A stretch of 61,968 bases of DNA, filler included, from Chiloscyllium plagiosum (taxonomy: Eukaryota), in NCBI RefSeq assembly GCF_004010195.1. It is 5 parts of one record of this genome, joined end to end, with 100 filler letters (N's around TTAATTAATTAA, not from the genome) between each part and the next. Parts side by side here need not be neighbours in the genome. Positions count along the whole stretch, not along the records: positions 1 to 14,824 come from NC_057711.1; 4 more parts are not named here. One strand, given 5' to 3'. Positions 1 through 11,510 of the stretch are shown one piece after another (the stretch's first letter is position 1; every line of letters begins with the position of its first letter). The translations under genes and the position numbers were made by a program. A model generated the notes under the pieces. The model was not told where the DNA came from. It did not search any database and saw only the letters and a program-made list of their open reading frames with translations.

Positions 1-270
1 CGCATGAATACGGGTTTTATTACATCTGATGTTAACACATTCCGAGCATGTAAGAGACTTAAATATACACTCTGGTTAGTTGTAGGTTAGATTAGTAGAT
101 AGTTGAGTTTTGGTTTTTTTTCTTTTTTGTTTTTTTTTTCTTTTGTTAAATTTTGGCTATTGTATATTTGATTTAATTGTATATCAATGTTTATATTTGA
201 GAGTTTTGTTTATTTTTGTAAACTTGTAAAAATGTTAAATTTCTAATAAAAATATCTATTAAAAAAAACA
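1..270 (+). mobile_element. Probable 3' UTR and poly(A) end of an L1-type LINE
   Basis: T-rich tract followed by AATAAA (245-250) and an A-run (261-268). No coding part lies in the window. Confidence 0.4.
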
Positions 271-788
271 ATTTTACTGCAGAAGGCACTTGATCATAGT
301 GGTACAGAGGGAGAAAGTGGTTGAAAAGTGGAAAAATATTTAAAAAAAAACAAAATGAAAACTTCATCTCTCAGAATGATACTGAGCATTTTCTAATTCC
401 CTTTCAAGTGCAAAGGTTTATTAATATTCTAGGAAGATACTTTTATTTAATGAATACTTAATTAAGTAACAATCCATACCTTGTTTGCAGAGCTTAATTG
501 GTAATAAATAGCCATGTGCAGAAACATCTTTAAACTCGTGAGAGGTAGAGGATGCATGCCTGTTGCTTTGAGAGGATAATAGCAGGCAGTGTAAACTGTT
601 AAATAACTTGTAATGTATCTCCATTCTTCTCTACAATTTACTTAATACTGTTATTGAACTCTGCATTGCTTTGGCAGGACAATCAGGGCCATTAAGTTAT
701 CACCGATAAGCTACGTTTTATACTTGGTGTCCTGTTGCTTTTTTTTCTCTCTCGCTTCACTTCTCTACCACAAACTTTGGTAACCTAC

Positions 789-1428
789 TGTTACGGACTA
801 GGCCAGACCACTCAAAATATTCTTAAGCAGGCAGCCCACACCATAATTTTGCAATTTGTTTTGGTAAGTGTACAGTGAAAATTATGTGGATTAAGTTAGC
901 GATGTTGACTACCAGGTTTAAAACAGACAAAACATTTATTCACAAAATTACAGAATGAAACACTAAGAACAGAACAAAGAAAACCTATAGAACTCAGTCT
1001 ATCCAAACTAGAGTTAAGTATGCTGTTCCGAATATAGACAACAGTCCCAATAAGCGAGCCCCCTTTAAAACACAGTACAGAAAAGGGTCCAATACTTACA
1101 GGCTGAAGTTTGAAGGGCAGAAGAGAGAGTTTCCATGCAGCTCACTGTTGAACTCGCAACCAGTTCTGGACTGAACTAAACTGCTCAGCTAGAGAGGTGA
1201 CCACTCCCCTTTCATTCTGCAGGTCACTTCTAAAACATGACCACTTTGGCCTGAAGTCTCATCTGTTTACACATTAACAAAAGGCCTCTCAAAATCCTTT
1301 TCATCTCTGTACCAAACCAGTCTGATTGGAGCCCAGCCTGATTTATTAACCTCTGAAAAAAATCAAGGACAGAGTATCCTTGTGCCAAGGAACAGCTTTT
1401 AGAAAAAAAAAGGACTAACTTTGTGACA
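789..1428 (-). mobile_element. Solo LTR (Gypsy family related to the LTR at 57546-58185)
   Basis: TGTTAC...GTGACA termini flanked by CCTAC/CCCAC (5-bp TSD, one mismatch). AATAAA on minus near 935-940. Visibly similar to 57546-58185. Confidence 0.75.
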
Positions 1429-1639
1429 CCCACTGGTAGCCTAGCACACTAGACAGCTTTATTATTGGAGGTGGTCATAGAATTGAATCCAGTATTATCA
1501 TCTCATCTGGAGTTCTGTATTTTTAAGATTTCTGAAGTCAGTAATACAAGATCCCACAATGAATCTGGAGAGTGTGTGTCAGACTGGCCTCATCAAGAAG
1601 CTACATATAAAAGAATAACTAATCACTGGGATGTAGAAG

Positions 1640-2165
1640 ACACTGTGCATTTCTGGTCATCACGTTTCAGAAAGGACGTAATTGCTGTGGACAGATTGCT
1701 AAGAAGATTTACTAGAATGAAGCCAGGGCTGGAGAATTGTCGCTATGAGGAGAGTTTGGAAAGGTTGGGGTTGTTTTCCTTGAAACAAAAGCCTGAGGAG
1801 TGACATTATTGAGGTATACCAAATTGTGTAGGGTAGAAATAGCGTAGACAGGGGAACCGGTTTTCTTTTGCAGAGAATTCAAAAACTAGGAGTTTTAGGT
1901 TCAAGCTAAGTGTTAGAAGGAACAGAGGGGACATGAGGAAAATTGTTTTTTTACGTGGAAGGTGCTGGGTGTCCAGAATTCGCTACCTGAGTTGGTGATG
2001 GTGGCAGAGCCCCTAAACTTTCAAAAAGTGCCTGGATGTATATACTCCAGGGATGTTGGACGTGTGCAGAAAAATGAAATTAGCAAGGGCAACTGTTTAT
2101 CTTTGTCATGGACAGGATGATGATAAGGACACCTTCCATGCTGTGTAATTTCTATGGTTCTATGT
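1640..2165 (+). mobile_element. CR1 LINE 3' fragment
   Basis: Encodes VHFWS..FRKDV.A..R..RRFTRM.PGL....YEE.L.RLGLFSL (CR1 ORF2 C-terminus) and ends in a TTCTATG-type tail. Confidence 0.85.
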
Positions 2166-3129
2166 ATGGTAGTACTGGCATGCAGTATTAAATGGGGCTA
2201 TCAAACCGTGGTGTATATGAGCTTTATGTGTAAGCTTAATAAAACCTCAAGCTGTATTTAAAAGTAAATAAATGTTCCAGTGACTTAAATGTAACAAGTT
2301 GCTGATTCTAGCATAGATTGGTGATCTGTTTTGGATATATTCACTTGTAAACAAACCTTCCAAACTTTTGCACACACAAGATTCACAAATGATGGACCAT
2401 TAAATTGAAATAAAATTTAGATCAAAGATGAGAATGCCCTGTCCTGGAATCCTATCCCTAAAGGTTAAGCACTCTACTCCCGATGACTATGTTGGGATGC
2501 AAATAAAACCAACAGAAACAAATCACTGCCAACGTGTAGAGGCAAAATTGGAATTCTCTCCAAGAGAAAAACTGGGCAAATCTAGCAGCCTTTCAACACA
2601 ATATATTCAGGAACCACAAGAATATTTTGTTTGCCAAACTGACATCTTAAGCAAAATACATTTGTCTATGGTGGGCAACTTAGAACAAGCATAGAAAAAT
2701 AGGCACAGTTGTGAAAGTCATCTACTTTGTGATTGAGCACAGGATTTTCCTGAATGAGTGCAAAATGTTCAAGGCTGTATTGGCACAATAAATCCTTGGG
2801 ACATACTGCTAACCCTGAGTTGCCCAAAGTCTTGATCTGCTTTTACTGTGTGGAACTCCTCCAGATCTTGCAGGCAACAGACTATTCTAAAAATCTTTCT
2901 TCTATATCAGATTAGACTATTTGCAACCAAGAACCAGACTGAATGTAGATGTTACATGCTTGAACTTAGGCATTGCACAGATTAAACATCGCAAATACAA
3001 CTCAGGCTCCGCTGTTTTCTTATGACCTTTAATATTTTTCTTTGTAAAGATTTGGTGATACAGTATTCGATAAATACTGAAAAATAACACATTTTGTAAA
3101 AACTCTGTCTTGTTCTTATCAGAGCATTT

Positions 3130-3610
3130 ACAAGAATATCAATGTTGGAATACCCCACCCCGGATGAGTGCAGCTCTAACAGCACTCCCAGCACGAAAGT
3201 TCCAAAGCACATTTGATTGGTGCCCCATCGGCCAACTTCAACATTCACTCCCTTTACCACTGACGCACAGGTGCAGCGGTGTGTGCCATCCATAAAATGC
3301 ATTGCAGTAACTCATCAAGGCTCCTTCTGCACCTTTCAAACCTGTAACTACTCCCACTGCGAAGACAAGCGCAGCAGGTATTTGTGAAAACTACAACCAA
3401 CAAATTGCCCCTCCAAGCTCCATATCATCCTGAGTTAGAACTGTATTTCTGTTCCTTCACTGTTACTGGGTCAAATCCTAAAATTCCTGAACAGCTCTGT
3501 GGCTGTTGTTGCATGCCAAACAGTACAATGGATCACCACCTTCTCAATAGCAATCAGGGATTTGCAATAACTGTTACGATAGCCAGTGAGACCCACATCC
3601 TATGAACCAC
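3130..3610 (+). mobile_element. Non-LTR retrotransposon 3' fragment (CR1-group family also at 27700-28200 minus and 58190-58770 plus)
   Basis: Three mutually similar copies. The minus copy encodes LSTIYKTQI..MMEY...AW.SA.PTT, a LINE RT C-terminus. Confidence 0.6.
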
Positions 3611-3828
3611 TTAAAACAAAGTAAAGGGAGCAACTGTTTTATACTTTAATACCATAACATTAGTATTTTAATGAATGTCCTGATGAGAAGATGAAAAGTT
3701 TAGATAAAATGTCTTTTTATAACAGAAATTTTTCCTTACCTAATTTCCACGTGAAATGCTAGATTATTCAAGATGCAACTAGGTTTTTTGTGTGAATTAT
3801 ACCAGAGTACTATCCAATGCTTTGGCAA

Positions 3829-6357
3829 CCACTTCCACCCTCATTGATGCCACTGACCTGAACATCGCTGATAGATTGCCGACGACACCCCCCCCGTAGA
3901 TCCCACAGCATACCCTGGGTGAATGTCCCTTCCATAACTGTCATCATCCCCAGTCCCTCTGCTACCATCCCCACTCCCAACTCCATCCCAATACCAGGTC
4001 CCAGCTCCCAGCCTTGCCGAGTTTTCACTATTCCCCAGTCGTCCTCCTCACTGAGGACGAACAGTCAGTTCTCAGCAAAGGCCTTACTTTCATCCCCCTC
4101 GCTCCTGGATCAATGAATTCAACATGCATTGTGACATCAAACAATTCTGCCGCCTCCGGCTTACGTTTTCTATCAAGACTCCCTCACACCTTTCGAGGAT
4201 CCCTTCGTCCACCTCCAACACACCCCATCCACCAGGATACCCATGCCAGTTTGCTACCCGCCCTCGATCTCTTTATTTCCACCTGCCGCTGGGACGTTGA
4301 ATGCCTCAAACTGTCCATCCCCCTCCCCCACTCCAACCTCTCGCCCTCGCAACGTGTAGCCCTCAACTCCCTTGGCTCCAATCCGAACCTCACCATCAAA
4401 CCAGCAGACAAGAGGGGTGTAGTGGTAGTTTGGCGCACTGACCTCTACACTGCTGAAGCCAGGCACCAACTCGTAGACACCTCCTCCTACTGCACCCTTG
4501 ACCATGGCCTCACCTCCCATCATCAAACCATCATCTCCCAGAACGTACACAACCTCATCACCTCAGGGGATCTCCTACCCACAGCTTCCAGACTCATAGT
4601 TCCGGAAACCCCGCACTGCCCGATTCTACCTCCGACTCAAGATCCACAAGCCTGACTTCCCCGACCAACCCATCATCTCGGCCTGCTCCTGCCCCATTGA
4701 TCTCATCTCCACATAGCTCGATACTGTCCTATCCCCTGGTCCGGAACTCCCCACCTATGTTCGGGACGCCACCCACTCCCTCCACCTCTTCCAAAACATC
4801 CAGTCTCTAAACACCTCCATACGCCATGACCAGGGCCTCCAAGTAGTCTGTTTCTTCCTCTTCCAACATCCCCATCAGTACCCTTCCAGTGACACACTCA
4901 TTCTTTTGGCTGAACTGGTCCTCACCCTCGATAATTTCTCCTTTGTATTCTCCACTTCCTCCAGGCGAAAGGGGTAGCTGCAGGCGCCCGCATGGGTCCC
5001 AGCTATGCCTGTCTTTTTATCGGTTATGTGCAACAGTCCATCTTGTGTAATTACACCGGCACCATTCCCCACCTTTTTCTCTGCATTGGCGCCACCACGA
5101 GGAAGTTGAACAGTTCTTCGATTTCACCAACCCGCTCCATGTCGACCTTGAATTCACCTGGACCATCTCCAACAGTGACCAACCCAACACTGACATCTTC
5201 TACAAACCCACAGCTACCTGGATTACACCTCCTTTGACCCTGCCTCCGATAAAAAATGCTATCCCTTATTCTCAATTGCTGCGCCAGTTCCACCATAGAA
5301 CATACCAGGTGGCCGCCTCCTTTAAAGACAGCAGTTTCCCCTCCCATGTGGTTGATGTCATCCAGCTCACCTCATCCATTTCCCGCACCTCCGCCCTCGA
5401 ACCCTACTCCTCCAATTGCAACATGGACAGAACCTCCTGGTCCTCACTTTCCACACCACCAACCTCCATATACACCGCATCATCCTCTGCCATTTCCCCC
5501 ACCTATAACCTGCCACCAGAGAAATATTTCCCTCTGCACCCCTATCTGCTTTCCATAAAGACCGTTCCCTCCGCGAGTCCCTCGTCAGCTCCAATCCCCC
5601 ACCAACCCAACCTCCCCTCCTGGCACCTTCCTCTGCCACAACAGGAATTGCAAAGCATGCACCCACACCTCCAATGCCCCAAAGAGTCTTCCACATCCAT
5701 CAGAGTTTCACCTGCACTTCCACACATATCGTTTACTATATCCATTGCTCCTGATGCAGTCTCTTCTACATTTGGAAGACAGGAAGCCTACTGGCAGAGT
5801 GCTTCAGAGAATATCTCTAGGACACCCGCACCAACCAACCCCACTGCCCTGTGGCTGAACAGTTCAACTCCCCCTTCCACTCCACCAAGGACATGCAGGT
5901 CCTGGGCTGCCTCTATCGCCACTCCTCACAACCCGACATCTGGAGGAATGACTCTTCATCTTAAGCCTCGGGAACCTCCAACCCCATGGTATCAATATGG
6001 ATTTCACCAGTTCCCTCATTTCCCCTCCCCCACCTTATTCCTATATCCAACCTTCCTACTTGACACTGTCCTTATGACCTGTCCTACCTGTCTATCTTCC
6101 TTCCCACCTATCCGCTCCACCCTCCCCTGTCACCTATCACCATTACCCCCACCTTTATCTACCTACCGCACTCTCAGCTACCTTCCCCCAGCCCTACCCT
6201 CCCATTTATCTCACTACCCTCTTGGCTCATAGCCTCATTCCTGATCAAAGGCTTTTACCCAAAATGTCAACTCTCCTGCTCCTCATTTGCTGTCTGACCT
6301 GCTGTGCTTTTCTAGTACCACACTCCTGATTCTAATCTGCAGTCCTCACGTTCGCCT
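3829..6357 (+). mobile_element. Penelope-like element (decayed RT and GIY-YIG), near full length
   Basis: Motifs LSKGLTFIP, LTIKPADKxGxVVVW, MGPSYACLF and FYKP, plus a frameshifted GIY-YIG region. Degenerate hammerhead-type tail at about 6241. 13-bp TSD AATGCTTTGGCAA at 3816-3828 and 6358-6370. Confidence 0.9.
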
Positions 6358-7083
6358 AATGCTTTGGCAAGTTCATCTTCCAAGTTTGTTCCCTTATTGA
6401 AGACTGGACTATTGGAAATAAAGCAAATGCCAATTGTGCACTCATAGCATGTAATTTCATCCCTTCCCCACTTTATCTAATGAATTGAAAAATCTTAAAA
6501 CAGTTAGCTCAGAATTAGACAAACAAAAATGGCACTGAGTGCATACCTCTGCCATACCAAGTTCATTCAGCATCATTACTGTTGCACAGCTCTTCTTCAA
6601 GATTTTCTATCCTTCGTTTCTGCTGTCCCTTTAGTGAGGCACGGGATGTTCGATTTCTGAAGAGCCCAGTGGAAATAATTGAATGTACGTTGGTATTTGA
6701 ATGTCACTGAAGTAAGATAATTATAGCAGTGAATGGCAACCCAGTAAACCATGGTGCTCTATTCATCAAATATATTTTTAATCTTAACTGTGGTATTTGG
6801 AAATAAATGATCAAAAGCATCATGTGTTTATGACAAGATGAGGCCATGTTTGTACCTTGACAGTTAAGTTTTACTTTCAGCATGAAATCAATGGAGAATA
6901 CATGACCATCTGTATAAAGTCAAAATACATAATGCCTATGAAACATTTTTCTTAGTGAACTTCTCATTATAATTACAAGAACAATTTTAATTTGATAGGT
7001 AAATTTCTGTAGAGCATAATTGATGCTCAATATTTTGAAGAGCTGCAGTTATTTAAATGTGCTTATCTCATGTTTGTTCTCAG

Positions 7084-7166
7084 CAAAGAAACCAGATTCT
7101 GAAAAGGCAGATGAGAAGAAGAAGAAATTAATATCACCACAGTTGCCTCCAGTGCCACAGTTTCAG
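7084..7166 (+). CDS. Candidate internal exon of an unidentified gene (xKKPDSEKADEKKKKLISPQLPPVPQFQ)
   Basis: TGTTTGTTCTCAG acceptor and consensus CAG|GTGAGT donor, 83 nt with an open frame. Purine-rich and set in non-repetitive AT-rich DNA. Protein not recognised. Confidence 0.55.
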
Positions 7167-7489
7167 GTGAGTTTACTAACACATCAGCAATGTTTTAGGA
7201 AATAACATGAAACTTGAAATTAGTATCAAACTCTCTAGTTGCAGTAATTAGTATTGGTAATCATGTAAATTTTAAAGTGAAGGATGTAATTTAATGGAGA
7301 ATTTTTCAAAACAATGAATGCCATTTATATTTTTCAACATGTGTCCTGCATCACCTCTAGAAACTTTGGTACCAGATTGCATGATTGTTTACAGACTTAT
7401 TTAGACACTCTGGTCTGCTATCTAGTATCTTAATCCTGATTTTACAAGTTTTAAACTGGGTCTGTGGTCACAGTTGTTTACTATGTATG

Positions 7490-7900
7490 TCTGACTTGGA
7501 CTATGGAAATGAATGAACTATCACCAAGTTTGCAGATATATGCAGATGGCAAATAGTGAGGGTGATGGTGTCTGCAGAAGGATTTGGAGAGATAAAATGA
7601 ATGGCAAAAACTTGGCAGGTGAAAGAAAAATAAGGAAAAATGTGAGGAATACAAGTGTTGCACATTATTTAAATAGACAAAGATCCCGTAAGGTGCAGTA
7701 CAATGGTGCTGGGGTCCGAATGAATGAATCACAAAGCTAGCATTGAAATTCAGTGGATAATTGGAAGGACAAGTAAAATTATTTTTTTCAAAGCGAATGG
7801 AGTATAAAAATAGAGAGGTATTACTAAAACTATACAAGTCACTAGTCAAACTATGACTGCAATATCACAGATTGAAGAGTGACATCCTAAAAAGAATATA
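7490..7900 (+). mobile_element. Degraded CR1 RT fragment
   Basis: KFAD.-like and ..EVLLKLYKSLV..-like remnants. Abuts the ERV pol segment. Confidence 0.6.
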
Positions 7901-8302
7901 TTTACCAGAGGGTAGCATTGCCCTCCAATATGTAAATGATATCCTAATTCCTCAGAGTCCGAGTCAGGACACCAGGAAGCTTTAGGGCTAGTATTGCAGG
8001 AATTGGCAACCGCAAGGTTAAAGGTCAGCCCCACAAAAGGCGCAGCTTGGCACAACACAAGGCCTATACCTCGGACACCTCATATCGTAGGGACTCAAAG
8101 AAATGCCCAGCGACCGCAAGAAGGCAATCCAACAGATGCCATGACCTGCCACTGTCAGGGGAGTTAGAAAGGTCACGGGCCATTCAACTACAGTCAAACT
8201 TTATACCAGAGTTTGCAAAATTGGCTGATCTGATTCAGATTCTGGATCAGTGGTGCTGGAAGAGCACAGCAATTCAGGCAGCATCCAACGAGCAGCGAAA
8301 TC

Positions 8303-8330
8303 GACGTTTCGGGCAAAAGCCCTTCATCAG
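8303..8330 (-). ncRNA. Minimal type-I hammerhead ribozyme motif in a Penelope terminal repeat
   Basis: CUGAUGA-AGGGC-UUUU-GCCC-GAAAC-GUC: conserved core, stem II and GUC cleavage triplet. Confidence 0.75.
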
Positions 8331-8356
8331 GAATAAAGGCACAGAGCCTGAAGCAT

Positions 8357-8786
8357 NNNNNNNNNNNNNNNNNNNNNNNNNNNNNNNNNNNNNNNNNNNN
8401 NNNNNNNNNNNNNNNNNNNNNNNNNNNNNNNNNNNNNNNNNNNNNNNNNNNNNNNNNNNNNNNNNNNNNNNNNNNNNNNNNNNNNNNNNNNNNNNNNNNN
8501 NNNNNNNNNNNNNNNNNNNNNNNNNNNNNNNNNNNNNNNNNNNNNNNNNNNNNNNNNNNNNNNNNNNNNNNNNNNNNNNNNNNNNNNNNNNNNNNNNNNN
8601 NNNNNNNNNNNNNNNNNNNNNNNNNNNNNNNNNNNNNNNNNNNNNNNNNNNNNNNNNNNNNNNNNNNNNNNNNNNNNNNNNNNNNNNNNNNNNNNNNNNN
8701 NNNNNNNNNNNNNNNNNNNNNNNNNNNNNNNNNNNNNNNNNNNNNNNNNNNNNNNNNNNNNNNNNNNNNNNNNNNNNNNNNNNNNN
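8357..8786. other. Sized assembly gap (430 N)
   Basis: N run inside a Penelope element, with the same element and orientation on both sides. Confidence 0.97.
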
Positions 8787-9685
8787 ACCAGGTAGTCACG
8801 GAGGGAACGTTCTTTGCGGAAGGCGGAGAGGGGTGGGGAGGGGAATATATCCCTGGTGGTGGGGTCTGTTTGGAGGTGGCGAAAATGTCGGTGGATGATT
8901 TGGTTTATGCGAAGGTTGGTAGGGTGGAAGGTGAGCACCAGGGGCGTTCTGTCCTTGTTACGGTTGGAGGGGTGGGGTCTGAGGGCGGAGGTGCAGGATG
9001 TGGATGAGATGCGTTGGAGGGCATCTTTAACCACGTGGGAAGGGAAATTGCAGTCTCTAAAGAAGCAGGCCATCTGGTGTGTTCTGTGGTGGAACTGGTC
9101 CTCCTGGGAGCAAATATGGTGGAGGTGGAGGAATTGGGAATACTGGATGGCATTTTTGAAAGAGGTAGGGTGGGAAGAGGTGTAATCCAGGTAGCTGTGG
9201 GAGTCGGTGGGTTTGTAAAAAATGTCAGTGTCAAGTCGGTCGTCACTAATGGAGATGGAGAGGTCCAGGAAGGGGAGGAAGGTGTCAGAGATGGTCCAGG
9301 TAAATTTAAGGTCAGTGTGGAATGTGTTGGTGAAGTTGATGCACGAGGTGGCGCCAATGCAGTCATCAATGGAGCGGAGGAAGAGGTGGGGAGTGGTACC
9401 GGTGTAATTACGGAAGATCAATTGTTCTACGTAGCCCGTTGATCTGAGTCAGAGACTAATCAAAGAAGGCAAGTCTGCCTTGGAACCTGTAACCTGGGAG
9501 CCAGAACAGGAGGAGGCATAGACTCAGCTTAAAACTCGGCTCATATCGACCTGCAGGCTAGGGCTGCCAGATCCCAGCAAGGACTTTCACGTCCACTGTA
9601 ATAATGCAGGAGGATTTTACTCTGCAGTGGTCACCCAAGACCATGTTAGCAGGAGAAGGCCTGTAGGGTACTGCACCATGGGCCT

Positions 9686-10528
9686 TTTGGAACTGTTGTG
9701 GAACCCTTGTGGCAAGCAAGTCCATGTGCACTGTCTGCCCCTTACTGTAAAAGTGAATTTGTTCTGGGACTCTGGGTGTAACGCAATAGACCAGAAGCCG
9801 TTGGCTATGTCTAAAACAGTAAAAAAAAAAGTCTTGTTCTTGGGGGCCAAGCTGTTTAAAATGGTGGTGGTGGTGGGGGGGGTGTCTGCTGCAATTTGGA
9901 GGTGACCTTATTTAGTCCTGTCTAATCAATGCTGAGCCTGTAGCTCCCGTCAAACTTTATTACTGTCCACGTTGGGGATTTAGTTGTACTTGCAATTTCT
10001 TCCAGGGTTCCCTGTTTCACTAGTCCTTGTGCTATCTTCACAACTGCTTGTTCTGCTTCGGGTTTTTTTGGGTATTGCCGGTGGGGCTTATACTCCGGTC
10101 CGGGAACCTGTATTTAACTTTGCTTCTGCCCAGGCTCCAGGGACGGAGGCGCAGATGGCTCCGAATCCCCCATTTTCGAGGTTCCAGTCCCTACTGATGA
10201 CGGTAGCCACTTTCATAGTTTCAAGGTGACTTGTAAGTTTCCCAATCTCAGTCTTCCAACCTTCCTGTCTGGGCCAGGATTTCCCTTTTGCACAATCAAT
10301 TAGAACATTATATTCTTTCATGAGATCATATCCCATTATGATGCCCTCGTTATTTTGACATACGTAGAATCTCATGGGGATATATATGTTGTTTATTTCT
10401 ACGAGGGTAGTTGTGCTTAGATAAGCTGGTGTTTTATCCCCTCCTACCCCAGTTAAGTGAATCATTTTGTTTGTGTGGGGTAAGGGTAGGTTTGTGATGG
10501 ATAGAGCCGCTCTTGTATCCACTAGCAT
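9686..10528 (-). pseudogene. ERV protease and RT N-terminal half (frameshifts and stops)
   Basis: MLVDTRAALS...LTGVGG...IIMGYDLM is a retropepsin. It is followed by PHRQYP..EAEQAV..I..GLVKQG.L....STTKSPTW.V.K.DGSYRLSID*TGLNKVT and FFTVLDIANGFWSIALHPESQNKFTFTV...TWTCLPQGFHNS. Confidence 0.88.
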
Positions 10529-11490
10529 TTCACTTTTATTCCCTCCTATTACTGCGGGTACATAAAGTCTCTCCTGTCCCTTACCCTCCTGAATGGGGGC
10601 AGCTGGTTGTCAGCTCTGCTGTCCTCTGGACTCCTGCGGTTCTGTGGTGGTCCAGGTGGTGCTTGCGGGTGCCCCATGCATTCCCAGCACACTGCTTCTG
10701 TATGTCCTATTCTTTCGCAGTGGATGCAGTATCTTACATTTTTCCCTGGTCTATCTCCTGCTCATGGGACCCGACACTCTAGCAAACTGTCCCTGCCAGC
10801 CACAGTTGTGGAAGGATCATTTCATTCTATTCTTGTCTCCATTCCGGTAGGCTGCTTTGTCAAGTCTTGTCTTTGTTGCGGGAGCTTCTGCATCCTGCAT
10901 CCCGCTAGCCCACTTCTCTAGGTCAACAATACTGTCCCAGCACCGTTCGTACAGCTTTAACAGCCTCCGAGCAAGGTATGCCCTCTACCGGTGGGACTTC
11001 TCTACTCTCCTGGACACCACTACTAGTCGGTACCTGCCGGTCGACTGGGAATGCTGGTTCATTAGCGTGTGCCCTCTACCAGTGGGGCTTTTTACCCTCC
11101 CGGCTACCTCTACTGACCCAACGCTTCCTGACAGGCCCAGAAACCTACCTCTAGCTCAGTGAGCTCTCTACCGGTGGGACTGCTTACCCTCCCAGCCACC
11201 ACTCTTAATAACCGGTTTAGGGCGGGGCTTTTGAGACAAGGCACTACCTTGTCCTTTGGCTGTTTCAGCAAAAGCAGCAGATTCTTACAGCAGTAAATGC
11301 AGTTAAACACTTATTCTCCACAGACATGCACTTAAAATTTTACTCATTACTGTAGCAAATTAGACATTACAATCGGTATACCCTTAAAACTGTGTCCTTG
11401 GTCCGGTCTGACACTTCCCATTTACAGTTACAAATTGGTTCTTAACCTGGTGCCCCAATCGTGGCCTTTGACCAGGCACCAGTAATAAGA

Positions 11491-11508
11491 CCCCTACTCG
11501 TTGCGCCA
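11491..11508 (-). promoter_or_regulatory. ERV primer-binding site, tRNA-Ser-like
   Basis: TGGCGCAACGAGTAGGGG lies 2 nt after the LTR end. It is close to the complement of the vertebrate tRNA-Ser(UGA) 3' end (TGGCGCAGCGAGCAGGGT, from recall). Confidence 0.65.
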
Positions 11509-11510
11509 TT

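Larger units (their letters stand above)
8240..9439 (-). mobile_element. 5'-truncated Penelope-like element inserted in ERV pol
   Basis: ORF with LFLRSIDDCIG, LPFLDL and FYKPTDSHSYLDY, and an intact hammerhead-type tail. 14-bp TSD TGATCTGA(T/G)TCAGA at 8226-8239 and 9440-9453. Contains the 430-N gap. Confidence 0.9.
7901..9680 (+). pseudogene. Inverted ERV RT C-terminal half and tether domain, split by a Penelope insertion
   Basis: 7902-8239 reads LPEGSIALQYVNDILI...LKVSP..AQL...YLGHLIS...NFIPEFAKLADLIQ. From 9451 it continues RLIKEG...VTWEPEQEEA*TQLKTRL...LGLPDPSKDFHVHC...SAVVTQDH...RPVGYCT. Confidence 0.85.

Noticed and set aside
5234..6232. 332-aa Pro/Ser-rich ORF as a novel gene
   Set aside because: Mostly an off-frame reading of a frameshifted, C-rich Penelope element bounded by a TSD.
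6550..6657. Minus-strand exon candidate (NRTSRASLKGQQKRRIENLEEELCNSNDAE*)
   Set aside because: All three frames hit a stop before the donor and no partner exon or homologue was recognised. A non-coding or terminal exon cannot be excluded.
8047..9421. Long ORFs of 283, 201 and 364 aa
   Set aside because: Their length is inflated by the 430-N gap, and the real parts are ERV or Penelope sequence.
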